From Eutreptiella sp. 'Long Island Sound 2002' (lineage: Eukaryota; Protista; Euglenida), in assembly GCA_964036045.1 (NCBI GenBank), contig OZ038378.1, forward strand, positions 163,308,001 through 163,372,000: DNA of 64,000 nucleotides, read 5' to 3'. The position numbers were made by a program, and so were the translations under genes. Below are positions 18,593 through 33,300 of this stretch, in pieces; position 1 is the first letter of the stretch, and each line of letters opens with the position of its first letter. The notes under the pieces are model-generated. The model saw only the letters and a program-made list of their open reading frames with translations. It did not search any database and had not been told where the DNA came from.

Positions 18593-19365
18593 ACACTGAG
18601 GCACATTTTGGCGACTAGGCAACCCTGGTCCGACATTGCTACTCCACCATAGAACCGCATTACCTCCTACCCTGCATGGAACCCTACACATCAGTTCACG
18701 ACCTCCCGGCCCTGGTGATCCTCCAAAGAACTGTAGTGGCCATCGATGCGGGTACATCTTTGGTAGGAGTGGCAATGGTGGGGTTGGTGGATGCTACAAT
18801 GCCAAGGAGGCATCGGAAGTGGGCACCTCATTGGATGGGGAGACCCTCTTGCTCCTCCTCTGTGCCCAGTAGCTTTCTGCACAAGGGGCCATGGAAATTG
18901 GAAAGATTCCCCTTCCTCTTTGCTCATTTTCATCAATCCTTGTCACCTTTCGGTGTGAATAATGGCTCACGTCACCGATTTGGTGCCTAAATTGCCTATG
19001 CCAGCGCAGAGCGTTTTGGCATTTTTGGGGAAGTTTTGCAATTTCCGCTTCAATTTGCGGAAGTAACCCCCCCCCCTATTTTGAGGGTGGGGAACTCAAA
19101 AAAAAAGTTTTGGAAGGTATCTAGATGGGTAGGGTGGGTTTTTGGGGGGGGGGGGTAGTAGGGGGGTTGGAAGGTCTAAAAATAGGGCATTACATCATCC
19201 AACGCAGATTGCTGAAAACACAGAACGGATGTCCCCAAGAGATATATGTCCAATCTTGATCCCATCTGTTGAAACTTGCTGTGGTTGCAGTGGTTGATGT
19301 CCATCAAAGCAAACGAGCCAATGCATGATACAATCATGCTGCAGTCTTCTTGTTGCCCTGTGAAC

Positions 19366-19950
19366 AAGAACCCCCCCCCCCCTTGTATAAGCTACGCCAA
19401 AGTCCCAAATTAATACGGTCCCCACGCCCACTGTAGCTTGGACACGGGCCTAGCTTGCGCGCGACACATACAACTACCAACACCGGGCACCCAGGTTCAA
19501 AAAAAGAGGTTTGGCTGATTCTCTGGATCCTCCCTGCCCTCAGGACACGGGCACAGTTTAATTCGAACAACCATCTGACGGGCGGGAGCGCGCGGCCCCG
19601 CCCGCCCGGAGCTTGGACACGGGCCTAGCTTGCGCGCGACACATACAACTACCAACACCGGGCACCCAGGTTCAAAAAAAGAGGATTGCATGGTGAGCTG
19701 GTGCAAGAAAGGGGCATATAATGCACAAACATCCCCAAAATCAGAGCTATCTGGGTTCAAGTGGGCAAACACTCACAACAAATGTGTCCATGACTCTATG
19801 TGACTGGCAAATCCGTCACCAAACCCATGTCTTATGTGGCTGCACTACGTTTGGTACCGAATTAAAATTAGGTCCCAAATTAATACGGTCCCTACGCCTA
19901 CTGTAGCTTGGACAAGGGCGTAGCATATACAAGGGGGGGGGACGGTTCTT
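19366..19950. mobile_element. MITE-like element with ~33-bp imperfect terminal inverted repeats and internal direct repeats
   Basis: AAGAAC(C)nTTGTATAAGCTACGCC at 19366-19398 versus GGCGTAGCATATACAA(G)nACGGTTCTT at 19917-19950. About 76-bp direct repeats at 19434-19510 and 19609-19684; about 46-bp direct repeats near 19402 and 19872. No TSD resolved. Confidence 0.65.
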
Positions 19951-20900
19951 TTGTGCCTAGAAGCCAGCTACTCAAGGGGTTGTCAACAGGCATGCAGCCC
20001 CCCCCCCCCCCATTCCTTTATGTCTCATGTACAAGCTTTCCAGCTTGACAGTTCCCCACCCCCACCCCCTTCCCCTTCCCTTGTTTGGCACAGCCACCTA
20101 CCAAGAGCTACTGGATTGCAACCACTCAAAAGCACATAGCTTCAAAAGGAGCAGGAAAGAAAGAGATGCAAATTGGTGCGAGAAAACGAAACCCACTTTC
20201 ACAGCGAGAACCTACTGCAGCTATGCAGGGGGTTCAAAAATCGAAAAATTTGACCCCACACTTTTTGACCCTAAAATCATACTTATTGTTGGACCTTTTT
20301 TATTTTGGGCCGCAAAAAACACCCCGGACAGTTTGTTCAATCAAAATCACGCAGGTCCTCATGTATGGGAAAACGTCATATATCCCCCTTGTTGGGCCCA
20401 TTCGCATACCCTACCTCAAGGGGCTTGAATCGTTCGTTTCATCCCATGTAAAATCATTATTTTGTCCTATGAAAATATCCCCCAATGAGTTGTTGGTCAT
20501 GATCCCCAAACACCGCCCACCTGAAACCCACCTTTTCAGGCAGATGTTTCTTGCAGAAACAGAGGTTTTGGGGGGCACAAACGGCGTCACGGGGTGTGTG
20601 CGTGAGTTTGCCTTGTGTCTTTTGTATTGTCTGCAGAGGGTTGTTGGATCAATCACAGGCAACAGCGCCATAAACTCTTCCATTTTGAGGGGTATTCACG
20701 CAGCACATGCAGGTATGAAAATGGAGGTTTAACTCCTTGCAGGTACATTGTGGCTCGAACTATTAGAAATGCCCGGCAAGAATGGGATCGGTACAGGAAT
20801 GAGCAGGACAATTGGAAGTAGAAATAGCAGCGATCGCTTGCTAAACCTGTTGCAAAGCAAGTGATTGCCGGAAGCTTCTGCGTGCTTACTGTTGATTCGT

Positions 20901-22131
20901 TTCTGGATGCATACTGTCACGTGCTGCATGCTTCTGGATGCATACTGTTACGTGCTGCATGCTTCTGGATGCATACTGTCACGTGCTGCATGCTTCTGGA
21001 TGCATACTGTTACGTGCTGCATGCTTCTGGATGCATACTGTTACGTGCTGCATGCTTCTGGATGCATACTGCTACGTGCTGCATGCTTCTGGATGCATAC
21101 TGTTACGTGCTGCATGCTTCTGGATGCATACTGTCACGTGCTGCATGCTTCTGGATGCATACTGTTACGTGCTGCATGCTTCTGGATGCATACTGTTACG
21201 TGCTGCATGCTTCTGGATGCATACTGCTACGTGCTGCATGCTTCTGGATGCATACTGCTACGTGCTGCATGCTTCTGGATGCATACTGCTACGTGCTGCA
21301 TGCTTCTGGATGCATACTGTTACGTGCTGCATGCTTCTGGATGCATACTGTTACGTGCTGCATGCTTCTGGATGCATACTGTTACGTGCTGCATGCTTCT
21401 GGATGCATACTGTCACGTGCTGCATGCTTCTGGATGCATACTGTTACGTGCTGCATGCTTCTGGATGCATACTGTCACGTGCTGCATGCTTCTGGATGCA
21501 TACTGTTACGTGCTGCATGCTTCTGGATGCATACTGCTACGTGCTGCATGCTTCTGGATGCATACTGTTACGTGCTGCATGCTTCTGGATGCATACTGTT
21601 ACGTGCTGCATGCTTCTGGATGCATACTGTTACGTGCTGCATGCTTCTGGATGCATACTGTTATGTGCTGCATGCTTCTGGATGCATACTGTTACGTGCT
21701 GCATGCTTCTGGATGCATACTGTTACGTGCTGCATGCTTCTGGATGCATACTGCTACGTGCTGCATGCTTCTGGATGCATACTGTTACGTGCTGCATGCT
21801 TCTGGATGCATACTGCTACGTGCTGCATGCTTCTGGATGCATACTGTCACGTGCTGCATGCTTCTGGATGCATACTGTTACGTGCTGCATGCTTCTGGAT
21901 GCATACTGTTACGTGCTGCATGCTTCTGGATGCATACTGCTACGTGCTGCATGCTTCTGGATGCATACTGTTATGTGCTGCATGCTTCTGGATGCATACT
22001 GTTACGTGCTGCATGCTTCTGGATGCATACTGTTACGTGCTGCATGCTTCTGGATGCGCTGCATGCTTCTGGATGCATACTGTTACGTGCTGCATGCTTC
22101 TGGATGCATACTGCCACTTGCTGTATGCTTC
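20901..22131. repeat. 31-bp minisatellite, about 40 copies, unit TTCTGGATGCATACTGTTACGTGCTGCATGC
   Basis: Head-to-tail units with no spacers; the tracked ORFs repeat every 31 aa (3 units). Confidence 0.97.
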
Positions 22132-24315
22132 TTGCTGGCTGCCCTCCAGCTTGTGGTACCTACTTTTCTTGCTGGGTGTGAACATGCTGGGCTCAAATGT
22201 GGGGGACCAACAACAGTGGCCATATCCTGCGGCCCAGGCTCTGGGAGTTGTACCAAAACGGCGTCACCTTCAGAACACGTGATGTGTCTGCTTAAGGGAG
22301 ACAACACAACATAAATACGACATGAAATGGCACATGTGCTAGAAAATGCAGACACAGAAAATTGCTCAATCAGAATTTATTGGACTCCTTAAAACACTCT
22401 CGAAATTGAATGCAACCTTTTTGGGTAAACAAGTGCAATAGAGAGTGCCCTCTGGTGTGAGGGGCACTGTTCAAGGGCCAGGGGAGCCGTTTTGCAGCCC
22501 CAAAATGCCAGGTTCACATGGCTTGGGAAAGCGAATCACCAGCAGGGTACAGGTCTGTGATGTTGGGACAGCACCGTGATGGTGGCATGCGTTCGGACAC
22601 ATTTTCTGACCTGTAGCTGTGTGGGGAGCCAGCAGTAGCCCTGCTGAAAGCCCTGGAACTGCTCCATACAGCACCCCTTTTGCTGAAACATAGAATGTCT
22701 CTCGGGACATGGGCATTCATACCATCACTCACACCCAACCCTTCCCCTGGGGTCACCGTTCGTGAGATCTTTTGCATCCGTCCATCTTGCTCCCTTAAAC
22801 GTATCCTTGATCTGCAGTGATGATGCGACCGAAAATGCAACTCTGTGCATGTTCGGTCGCCAACCTGAAGGAATCAGCCTGTGACGGTGCAGTTTTATGT
22901 TAAGGAAGCGGGAGCATCTGACCATTGCAGAAGGGCGAGGAGACAAAAGCAGGGTTTGAGGAGCCGTAGCAAAAGCGGTTAGTTGCAGTCAGATAAGTAA
23001 CAATGGGCGGTGGTGAAGGCGACTGCCGAGCAGGTTGGTTGGGATATGACTGAATCAAAGGAATGGATCGATCCTTAACTGCACGACACTTCGTCTCGGG
23101 TCATTCATAGCCATGGCGAGCTGATCGGCCGGACTGCCAGCCCCCCGTACCCCCCCCCCCCTGAGCACACACCTCGACGCAAGTCTGGTTGGCACCAGCA
23201 TACCTGGAATAGGCTGATATGGACAACGAAGCTTTTATTGACATGTATTCACAGGGTCAGGTTTTCACATCTACTGGAGACAGAGTCATCTAGCTGAACC
23301 TGGGCTGGAGCCTGAAGGCAGGACAGTCTCGAGGGCTTGGCTGGGTGTGCAAATTTGATTGGCTCTCCACTCTGTTCTAATCCGAGTTCAAAAATACAAA
23401 CGTTGACAGGCACACCGTCCAGGGCTTTTTCAGCGTCAATCATAGTGCACCAACAATGCAAAGCCCGATACCTACCTGCCCCCCCGACCCCTGGCCCCAC
23501 CAATGGTGGTTACAATTACGACTACGACTGCGATACCGGTCTGGCACAACACCAGCGGCCGACAGTAAACATCATACTGTCACCCAAACACCAGCTTGGC
23601 GAAACGGTTCACCAGTGCCACGACAATATTGTTTTTCGTCATTTCGCAGCCCCCCTCTGCCTCTTTCTCCCAGCCCCATCAAAATCATCACGTCAATCTT
23701 GTATCACCGAAACCCACACTCATATGCAGGGAACACAAGCTTAAATGCAGTGGGATACCATGAGGCGCTACAACCACGCCTGAACACAAACCAGTGCAAA
23801 CAAATACGTTCATAAACCTGAACACCCATAAATGCAACAAAGAGTGTGTTTGGAGTCCAGACTGTTTCCCCCTTGCAGAAAGACACCAACAAAACCACAA
23901 CATCGCCACATGAAGACGGTTTTGGAACAGCCCGTGTTGGAACGATGGCCTCGTCCCCACCACACAACTTTGTGCACACATCCAACACAAATGCCAGGAG
24001 CAGTACCGTCTGACACGTGAATGCTACTGCACCTCCAAATCGACCACCACCGGCCCTTTGAAAGGTGGCAATCCCGGCATCACTCCATTACCAACACCAA
24101 GTCTTGATCAGGGGATGCTCATACCCTGTTCCTGTCTGGCGTGACGTCATCCATCTTGTCTTCTGGGCAACGTGAAAGGCTGCACCATGTAGGGACTCAA
24201 CTCCTGTTGTACACCTCCCTGGCGGTTCCCCGTCTCCATCCAGCCAAGCGGGTCTAAACACTCAAATGGAACCCAATGTTACGTGAAGCGATAGCACAGC
24301 TACCTTCATTTACAA

Positions 24316-27300
24316 TCAATCGGTCCGTAAGCCCTGGTGAGGCACCCAAGTTAATATGTGGCCTCCAGGAACATCAGAGGGAACGGCGGTCAGTGGTGAT
24401 GTTTCTGGTTGTGGCTGTGGCTGTGGTTGTGGCCAGGCTTGTGAAGGGCTTGGCGCCACTTTCGATTTGTGGAGAAGGACACCCTCGGGCCCTACGGACG
24501 AAAGGAAGAGGCAGGGCAAAGAGTGCTCTAATGCCAGGCCCACGGTTTGCGATTGGATGGGCAGAAAGAAGCCCTGGGCAGAAATCAGTGGATGGGGAAG
24601 TGCAGACAGACAGAGCCAGAAACGTTCCATCCACAATAGTACCACCACAGGTGGTACCACTATTTCTATGCCATACCATTCGAAACAATATGCTCATCTG
24701 CGATATAGTACATCATCAATGCTACACAGTGTGCTGTGTGCTGTAATTTGTATGCGGTTTGGTGCATGCTGTGCCAGGGTGCACCAAGCTAAACTGTGCC
24801 ATTCTATGCAGCTCCAGTTGACAACCAAAAGCAGCACCCAATGTGCTGAAGCAAGAGTCATGCGGCTGCACCCGCGTTTCCCCTCCCTCTTAAAAAATCA
24901 ACAACCAAACCCCGGACAAAACAAACACTCGGGTAAACTGACTCTTCCTTTGGTTCAGGGGGGTTAATCTGATGCACTCTCTCTTCGTGACAACACCGCC
25001 TCAATACCAGTCGCTTGTTGATCTCGGTGTGTGACATTGTGTTCAGGGCCACAAGCCAAGCAACACAATCGAACATCGGATCCGATGTGTCCTGCAAGTA
25101 GTGTGATGGCGCTAGCTACTCCAAAGAGGTACATGGGCATACTCTGACACTGGAAGGGAAACGGTGCCTTTTCTCACCGCAAATCAACCGTGGCTCAACG
25201 GTGCTCGTGCGATTGCTACACGAGGCTGAATATGCATCCTCACAGCCACCACCTTCACCACCACCACAACCACAACCACCACCACAACAGCAATATCAAC
25301 CACAAAGGTAAAGCACAATACAATACCGCAAATACCACACACTCATGGCCCACCTGCGTGCCCTCGGCGGCGTAATGCGCCGGTCCTGCCTGCCCTGCGA
25401 GTCAATATGTGCGCCGATACCGGAATCCCTCGTTCGTATTCCACCGCAACTTCGATTGAGGGAGTAAGCCACGTGGGCAACACAGTAGCGCCAGCGTCGA
25501 CCACCCGCCCGATAGACAGGTGGTTTCGCTTGTCGTATGGGTTCGTTGGTGCTGATTTTGCTGTGAGCGTGCGCCACCTGCGCCGTTTTTGCGCTGCTGC
25601 TGGAGCGAACACTGATAAAATGTCACCTCATTGGTGGACCGGCAGTCGTCCTTCGATGGACTTGGCTCCCAATCCACTTACGGGGGCCGCCCCAGGCCCA
25701 GCCCCCGATGCTGCCCACGCTGATGACATCGTCAAACCTGTGCCCCAGCCGCTGCCTGTCGACTGCGGACGTACATGTCCACCAGCCCCGCGAGCACCTG
25801 CTCCATGGACTGCTGCCCAGGGGAGGCAGCAGGTTCGCCGGACCCTTTGTGCCCCTGCAATCGGGAGAGGGACAGCATGCGACTCGGGGTGTGGGGCTCC
25901 GCGCCAGAGGGCAGGCCGGGCCCCAGGCTCAGGGACAGACCGGAGGCAGGGGTCTTCGCGTGGGCATGGGTGGTGAGCCGGCTCAGAGGGCTATCCGGAC
26001 ATGTCGACACATGATCTTGGAGGGCGTTGAGGGGGGCACAGTGCTGGCCGTTGTACGGGCACGGGACCGGGTCTGAATAGTGAATGGAGTGGTCTGCCTG
26101 GGATGGCTGGGGCTGTGCGAGACCTGGTTGGGGCTGGGAGGGGCGTTCTTGGGGCTGGGTGAGGCCAGGCTGGGGCTGGGAGATGTCTGGCTGGGGCTGC
26201 GGAGGGTCGATGCCCTGGTTCAGACTCAAATCTGAAGGCAGTCCCTTGGTACCAAGCGCCCAGGCTCTCTTCGGACTTCTCAAGCCACCTCTCGGAGCAT
26301 CGCCCTGGGAACGGGACCGCAGGCGGGTTTTCGAGGGGACCGCGGGGCGTCGGTTGGGGTGCACCTGCGAATACAGGAGTTGAAAAAGAGAGGAAACGAT
26401 GCGGGAACTTGTGGGCTGGGGAGGCTTCTTTGGGCAGATGGCAAAGTTTCTCCAGTCCCCATGATCCACCTGCCCTCAGCGCATTCCTTGTTTCGGGCTG
26501 CTTCGTGCTGGCTTGGTAGCATCCTTGCGAAGGGAATGCCATTGCCTCCGGCGAGTCCGCATTGCCCAGAATTGCTCATAACAACGGATCAAAAAGTGGA
26601 CCCTGTCATTTGCTGGGTCTTGACAACCGAAGCGTTCTCCTTGCTAGCACAAACACCACGTATTCAAAGAGCACGAATGTTGCTGCAGATGTTAGCATGC
26701 TGCACAGGCCGGCACATGGTAAAAAGGCTGTTTTGCTTGATGCGTGTTGTGCCTGTGAAAATCGAATTCACCTCCTAACCCCAGCAAAACAGAACAACAA
26801 TTCAAACTCGAAGCCAGACCCTCCCACCGGATTCCATGAAAAAACAAAGTATCAATTCGGCACGTTTTCACACGACGTACTGGCTGCACCTCGGCGGCAA
26901 GGGAATGGGAAATGGTGGCGACATGGGAGAAGGTGAATGAGGAATGGCAGCACTCCGGACCGTTTCTGCTCATTTCTCCTCGAACACCCCAGGATCCCAT
27001 TTCCTCTCGCGTTTCCTCGGGCACTCGCCACAGCCATCCCAGTCTAAAATGGGGCTGCACTCTACAGTCCCAAGCCTGTCATCAAAGAAGCGCCCGCAAT
27101 ACCCAGGGCCCGGAGGAAATGACCTGGTGTCCGCTGTTGGACCTGAGGCTGGCCGCCCAAGTACTTGTGACGGATGCAAATGTCATGTGCCTGGGATCGG
27201 GTTCATGGGAGCGGCTCCGCCGGTGCGTCTTTATCGTTCGATCTGGTCTGCACGAAGAACTGAAACCGATGGTGCTGGCGTCCAAGCTTACGGTCACCTG

Positions 27301-30300
27301 CCGTTTGTTGTATTGGCTGGGCAAGTGGACGTACGGCACCTGACTGGCCTGTGAAGGGATGCAGATTTCTGTGAGGGGCCGTGTGCACAAGCGACAGATG
27401 CACTGTGCCATCTGCTTCTAAAGCCCTCCACAACCCCCTCCAACCCTCTGCAACCCTCTGCATCCCTCTGCATCCCTATGGAGCTCCTAGAAAACACAGG
27501 CAAGCACAGGCTTTGGGCAGCGGTTGTGGCCTCCCTCCCCCCCCTTCAAGCTTCACAATATGACAGCGAGGTCGTTGAGGGTTGTCTGAGAGTTACAGAG
27601 CGACTGGAAAAGGAAGTGGGAGGGTGTGCATTGGAGCTGGCTGATGTGTTGCTGTGCAAAAGCAAATTGAACACACCCATCTTCCCCAATACACATGACA
27701 ACTTGTTTGTGTCGGGCCCCACCCCCCGTAAAACCACCCTGGGGGTCTGATGGATCTGGGATATCTCGGGTCCACAGGGGGGGGGGGGGGTTATCATGGG
27801 GGGAAGGGGGTTGTTACGCTCAGATGGTAAAATTACCCCCTGTAACTTGCTCCTCAGGCTGTTGAGGAGCCCAGAAATGAGCCCCCAGCCAAGCGCATGA
27901 AGCCAGACTCCATTGCTGGATTTTCCCAGAGCTTCTGCCAGCTCCAGCTCTGGCCCCTCCTCTTCCTACGGGAGCTGACTTTCAAATGACTGTGTGTCAG
28001 TTGGTTGTGAAACCTCCATCCCGCGCAGTGCTTGTTCTGTGTGTTAAATTCTGAGGCACAAGGGGGATGGTTTCATGATCTGAAATTTCTGGGGCCCTGG
28101 AGGGGGGGGTTTGGTTTACTGGCTGACTGTCGGCGAACCCCAGCCGGTAACCATTGCCCAAGCCCATCCTCATTGGTCCACCCCGGTGAAGCTCCAAATG
28201 CCGTTGCCAACAGCCATTAGTGACCATGCAACCGTCCTTGGTTGATGGCTGTCCTGTCCTTTGCATACTGTGCCTTCAGGTCCCTAATGTACTGCACAGC
28301 CACAGTATTGTTGTGTAAGTTACAAAAGCGGTCTCGATTGCACCACACATACATATGAAGACGTGGGCTTTGAGATAGCGGGCATCAATGTCTACCTCTT
28401 GTGCTGACACGAGGTTTGCTTGCTTGTTGATGCTTGCTTGTTGAGCCTGCCCTCTCGTTGGTGACGAATATCACTGATACTGTGCCTACCCGGTCTCGGA
28501 GTCAGCGGTGGATGGTCGTGGGCCTATGTTCTGCCTGTTTTGTGCCATACGCTGGTTTGTGAAACCCTATTGGACCGTGTGCGTGCGTAGAATGGGACGA
28601 ATACCCGTGTCCATAAACAAAGGTGTCCCGCAAGACAAGGCCGTACTTGTGCACGGCACGTGAGGCGACATGCAAGGGGTCGTAAATGACTGTCGTCAAT
28701 TGACCCGGTTTGACCGTTGACCCGCGCTCAACCGTCAGCCGCCAGCAGTAACCGCCAGACGGCCGACCCGGGCTCCTACGCTTCTATTGACCAAAAGCAC
28801 AATCGTGTCCCTCTAGGAAACCTGAGATACAGAAAAAATGGGGATGCGCCGACAATCCGGACCCCCCCGCACCCCCGCCGCTCACCGCAATACCTGACGC
28901 AGTGCACTCATGTGGTAGCTTCGGCTTTTCACGCGGCCCACCAGCGCGGGTGCAGGAAGGACGTCGGGGGCCAATGCCCTGCCTCCCGGCACGAAATCGT
29001 GCACGTGGCCGTACTCCCTCACAGCCCTCGCCGATGGGGAGATGTGGGTGCCGTTGAGGGTCGGGGAGTGCGCGCTCTGCACGGAGCCCTGCACGCTTCC
29101 CGGGACCGGCGAGAGCGACCGGTGCGAGGCCAGTGCGGGGGCGGCAGGGCGCCAGGCTGCGGCGGTTGAGGCCCGGCAGTCCGCAGGCATCACGGCGCCG
29201 GTGTGCAGCTTGGGCTTCAGCCGGGGTCTGCTCATCCGCGGCGAGGTTGCGGAGGACCGTGGACTGGGCTCCCCTTGAGGGCCAGGGTTTGCGCTGGGGT
29301 CAGGGGCAGACGCGGGGCCTTGGTAAGGATCGGGGCGCGGATACGGCTGGGGGCCGGGGCCCGGATGTGGGGACGGATCAGCGTCCTCACTCCCACGCCT
29401 TGCGCCCCCGCCAGGGCCTGTGGCGGCAGAGGCGGCCTGCCGGAGCACCTGCAGGACCACGCCATACGCTGTGTCCAGGCTCAGGCCGGACTCCATGGCA
29501 CCGTGCAGGGCGGCCGTCAGCATGGCCTTTGCCGAGGCCTCACACATGGCGCCGGGCTGCGGCGGGTCACTGGAGGTGGTCTGGCGGGCAGTGTGAGTGG
29601 CAATAGACTGGGCCGCTGGGGCACAGGGCAGCGGTGGGGTACAGCGCTGCAAATGGTCGCTGTCAAAGTTTGGCTCGGGGGTGGGTCTGGGCCTTGCGTG
29701 TACGGCTGCATGGCTCTGCTGAGAGTCGTGGTGCGCGTTCAGACCAGGGGTGGGGTCGGCGTTGCAGCTGCTGGTCAACTTGGGGCACAGTGCGGGGCCG
29801 TTGGCCCCAGCATGGCTTCCATTGAGCCCGGCTCGGATGCCCCAGGCCACTTGTTCCCGGCGTTGCGCTCCCATCACAGACCTTGTGGCCCTTAAAGGGC
29901 GCGGGGGTTTGGCAGGCTGTTGGGGCCCTGACTGCAGCGCACTGTCCGCAGCAGTGGTTTGGGACTGGAATGAGGACACGGAGATGCGTGAGGCGGGTGG
30001 GCTGTGGCTACGGCTGGGGTCATGGCAGTGGCCCCATGCATCGCTCTGGTTCGAGTTGAGGCTGTGGATATGGCTGTGGGGTCTATCTGCTTGTTTTGCT
30101 CGCTGCAGTTCCTGTAATGTATGGAGGAGGCCAGACAAGTACTTCACAGATCCGGAGGCGTCAGTTGCGTCAGAGAAATGGGAGGCATCTGTAGACGAGG
30201 AAAGAAGGAAAAGGGGCCTTAGCGGAGCACAGCACAAAGCAACGGGGATGCCACTGGGTGGTTTGGACGATCCATCTTTTGAGCCAGCAAATCTCCTCGC

Positions 30301-33300
30301 CTATCATTACAGCGCGGGGTTGCTTGAGGGCAAGAGGGTGCTTGTTAGGTCCAGGCATGGGGCACTATGATACCAACAGTGCACGTGTTTTGGAAGCATT
30401 GCCAAAAGACAATTGGCCCCATTTTATGGTTCTTTTTTTCACTCACTGGAAAGGGGACACCACCCTGCCCTGGGCAACCTTAGCACCAAGCAGAGCCCTT
30501 ACAATCGACTGACCCATATTCAACGGCTGTTGGTATGGAAGCCTGCTCCACTCCAGTCCTCAACCACTCAGGCCAGCAGCAGGCCTCTGCAAGCCTCTGC
30601 AGGCCTCTGCCCATCACCGCGTCTTCAACCATTGTCAAGGAGCAGATAATTGTGGTATCATCCTCGCTACATCAGATTTGCAAGAGAGGCATCTGCATGC
30701 AGTAAAAGAACCGCACTCACAGGTTTGCTGCTTGCCTCCCTTCACCGATCAGTGTCAACGAAGCTTGCCTCTTGAATGAATTCCATGTAATCGTACAGAG
30801 CAGCGAAAAAGGTGCGAAAGCCTTTAAGCCTGGCGAGCCGTGTGCAGGTCCACATACCAATGTCTGCAGAATCACTCACGGTTGGCACAATGCTTCGAGC
30901 CTGAGCCCCATCGAAACCCTTGGTTGCTTCTTCTGAAGATCTGGCATGGGGCTCTGCAATCGGAACGCAACCTATCATGGCTGCTGTGTCGGTCAGGGCC
31001 TGGGTCCTGTTGTCCGCCGAGGTAATCTGCGTGTCGGCAAAGGAAGAATAGGACGACGCAGAATGGTACATCCGGGTCAGCAAAGGGCTAGTCTGCCTCT
31101 CTGGAGAATCCCTGGGGAGAGCAGTTGACAGCACATTGGATGAATGTCTGGCAGCAGCTGTCACTCGAAAGTCCGGAAATGGGGCGCTGTTTTTCCACAG
31201 AAATTAGTGGGGCACGATCAACAATGCCCGGCATTTTGAACCAACCCCGCAAGCATTTGTTTCGCTGCCTTCAACATTGGCACATCGCTCCCACCACGGC
31301 CCAAGGAGCACATGGAGCCGCCACTCCCTCGCCTGCACCTGTACCCGTCGCACCGTTTGTCCGTGTCGCGCCCTTGCCCTTGCTCTGCGCCTGGGACAAC
31401 AACCAGAACGAGATAAATGAGCGACAGGATGCAATAAGATGAAGGAACACAAATGGAAAAAAAAATCAAGGGTGCGCATACACAAGGGTGATGGTGGGGA
31501 AGGAGACAAAAGGGTGCAAATGACAAAAGAGTACGAGAGGAAATGCAAACGCTAAGGTAGCGAGAACAGTGAAAATGGATATGACGGGGCAGGAGCGGGA
31601 CTATTCAAGGGGTCCGACGGTTTGTGGGAAAGATATTGCAGACCAAGGTTGATGGTTTGGCAGGCCAATAAAGGTTCTAGACCGGCACTTTAGCTAAATG
31701 GGAGAACGCATGAGTCGTGGGTTCCAACCTCAGCTCTGTCGGTCACACGGACACGCGAATACTAGGCAAGAGTGAAAATGCAAAAACTGGAGAGAGAAAG
31801 GGAGGGAGGGAGGGAGGGAGCGACAGACAGAGAGAGAGAGAGAGTGTGTGTGTGTGTGAGTGAGTGTGTCTATGTGTGTGCCCATGCCGGCGCTGATGCA
31901 CGGGATTTTGTGTGTCATGAGCCATTTTGATTTGACGTATCTGCCGAACTTCCTTTATATTTCACGTGCCCAACTTGAGGCTATTTTGGTTGCTTAAATC
32001 ACTGCAACATTTCCAAGACCAAGACAGAACCCCGCCGAATTTCACCCGGTGACAACCCAAAATTTAATTGTTGATTTCCGCATTCTTGGCCCTTGCTGAA
32101 AAAGTCTTGCTTTTTGCATCGCTGTACTGTGTGCGCGCGCGCGCACCTGTGTAAATGTGTGCAGATACGGTGCAAGTAGAATTCTATCATTTTTGGTTGG
32201 CGTGAAAAATCCCGTAGGGTGTTGTATTTGGTGAAACGTGTTGGCACACACCGCCGACTCGACAAGAACTGCGCACACAATCAAGCGGAGTAGGCAAGCC
32301 AAGGCACTGCAGCTATAAAATGGCAGTTGAGGGAGAAAGAGTCATGGACTCACGTACACGTACACGTGTAGCTCAACATGCCACACCACACCACGCGGCA
32401 AACATACGTGGTGGCCCGGTTGGTTTCCTCGCTAGCTTGAATTGGGGATGAAGCACGATATCCAAACTTCTTACCCTATCAAGTGAGGTAGCAGGTTACA
32501 AGGGTGGCTGTTGGGGCCAAACCAAGGGCCCCGTGTTCAAGCGACGCCACTGGGCAACAAGCACAAAACAAAAACCATCCGGCCCAACCTCCACCACCAT
32601 GAGTGCAAGACCTCTTTGCACAATCCGAGGGAGGAGGGAAGGGCAAGAAGGTCATGCAAAACGTCGTATGCAGAGGGGAGGGTGGTTATGCAAAAGTTCG
32701 TCTTCCGAATCGAAGAACAACATCCAAGGGGGGAGGGGAGAAGAAAAGTGAAGGTTAGTATGCCGAATGGTTCTTCATCCCCACCCTTAACGTAACCCTA
32801 ATCCAAATCAACAAGCAACTCCTCAGCCATCACAGCAACAATTCTTCATAGCCGTACGCCATTTGGGGGACCTTGCAAAATACAACTTGAGCAGAATTCA
32901 TGCTATAGGGCGCACAAACACCGCAAGAGCAAAAATGTACAAAGGCACGCAAATGGCACGCATGCTCCTCTTGGCCTCAGGCATTGGCTAATACACTGTA
33001 CAATAATCTTTCTTTTCGAACACACGCGGACTTGCCTAGGCGGGGGTATAAGCCGCCACAGAATGAATGAATGAAGGAATAACACCGAATTACACCACAT
33101 GCCAAACTATGTATAAACCAAAAAAAAGTTTCGGCCTCTCTATATGATTGTGGAGCGAGAATCTACGGTGCCCCAGCTTAAGCCCCACACCGCCACAGCG
33201 CTCAACCATTCTATATCCCCAGTCCTATCGACGTATGTGAATTTGCCGAGCAAAGATGCCAACAAATTCGCACAATTTCTCTTGCCGAATAAATGCCTCC

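Noticed and set aside
18676-18830. RNase H-like motif VVAIDAGT from an old LINE
   Set aside because: One short motif with no supporting downstream motifs.
20637-20821. Small plus-strand exons ending YIVARTIRNARQEWDRYRNEQDNWK*
   Set aside because: Plausible acceptors, but no linked upstream exons or recognisable domain.
20901-22131. CRISPR array or Cys/His-rich repeat proteins (three ORFs of 438-473 aa)
   Set aside because: Units are contiguous with no unique spacers, there are no cas genes, and the context is eukaryotic. The ORFs arise because the 31-bp unit has no stop codon on that strand.
23249-23400. Terminal exon of the minus-strand gene followed by AATAAA
   Set aside because: The donor of the preceding exon and the reading frame cannot be fixed, so it was left out of the model.
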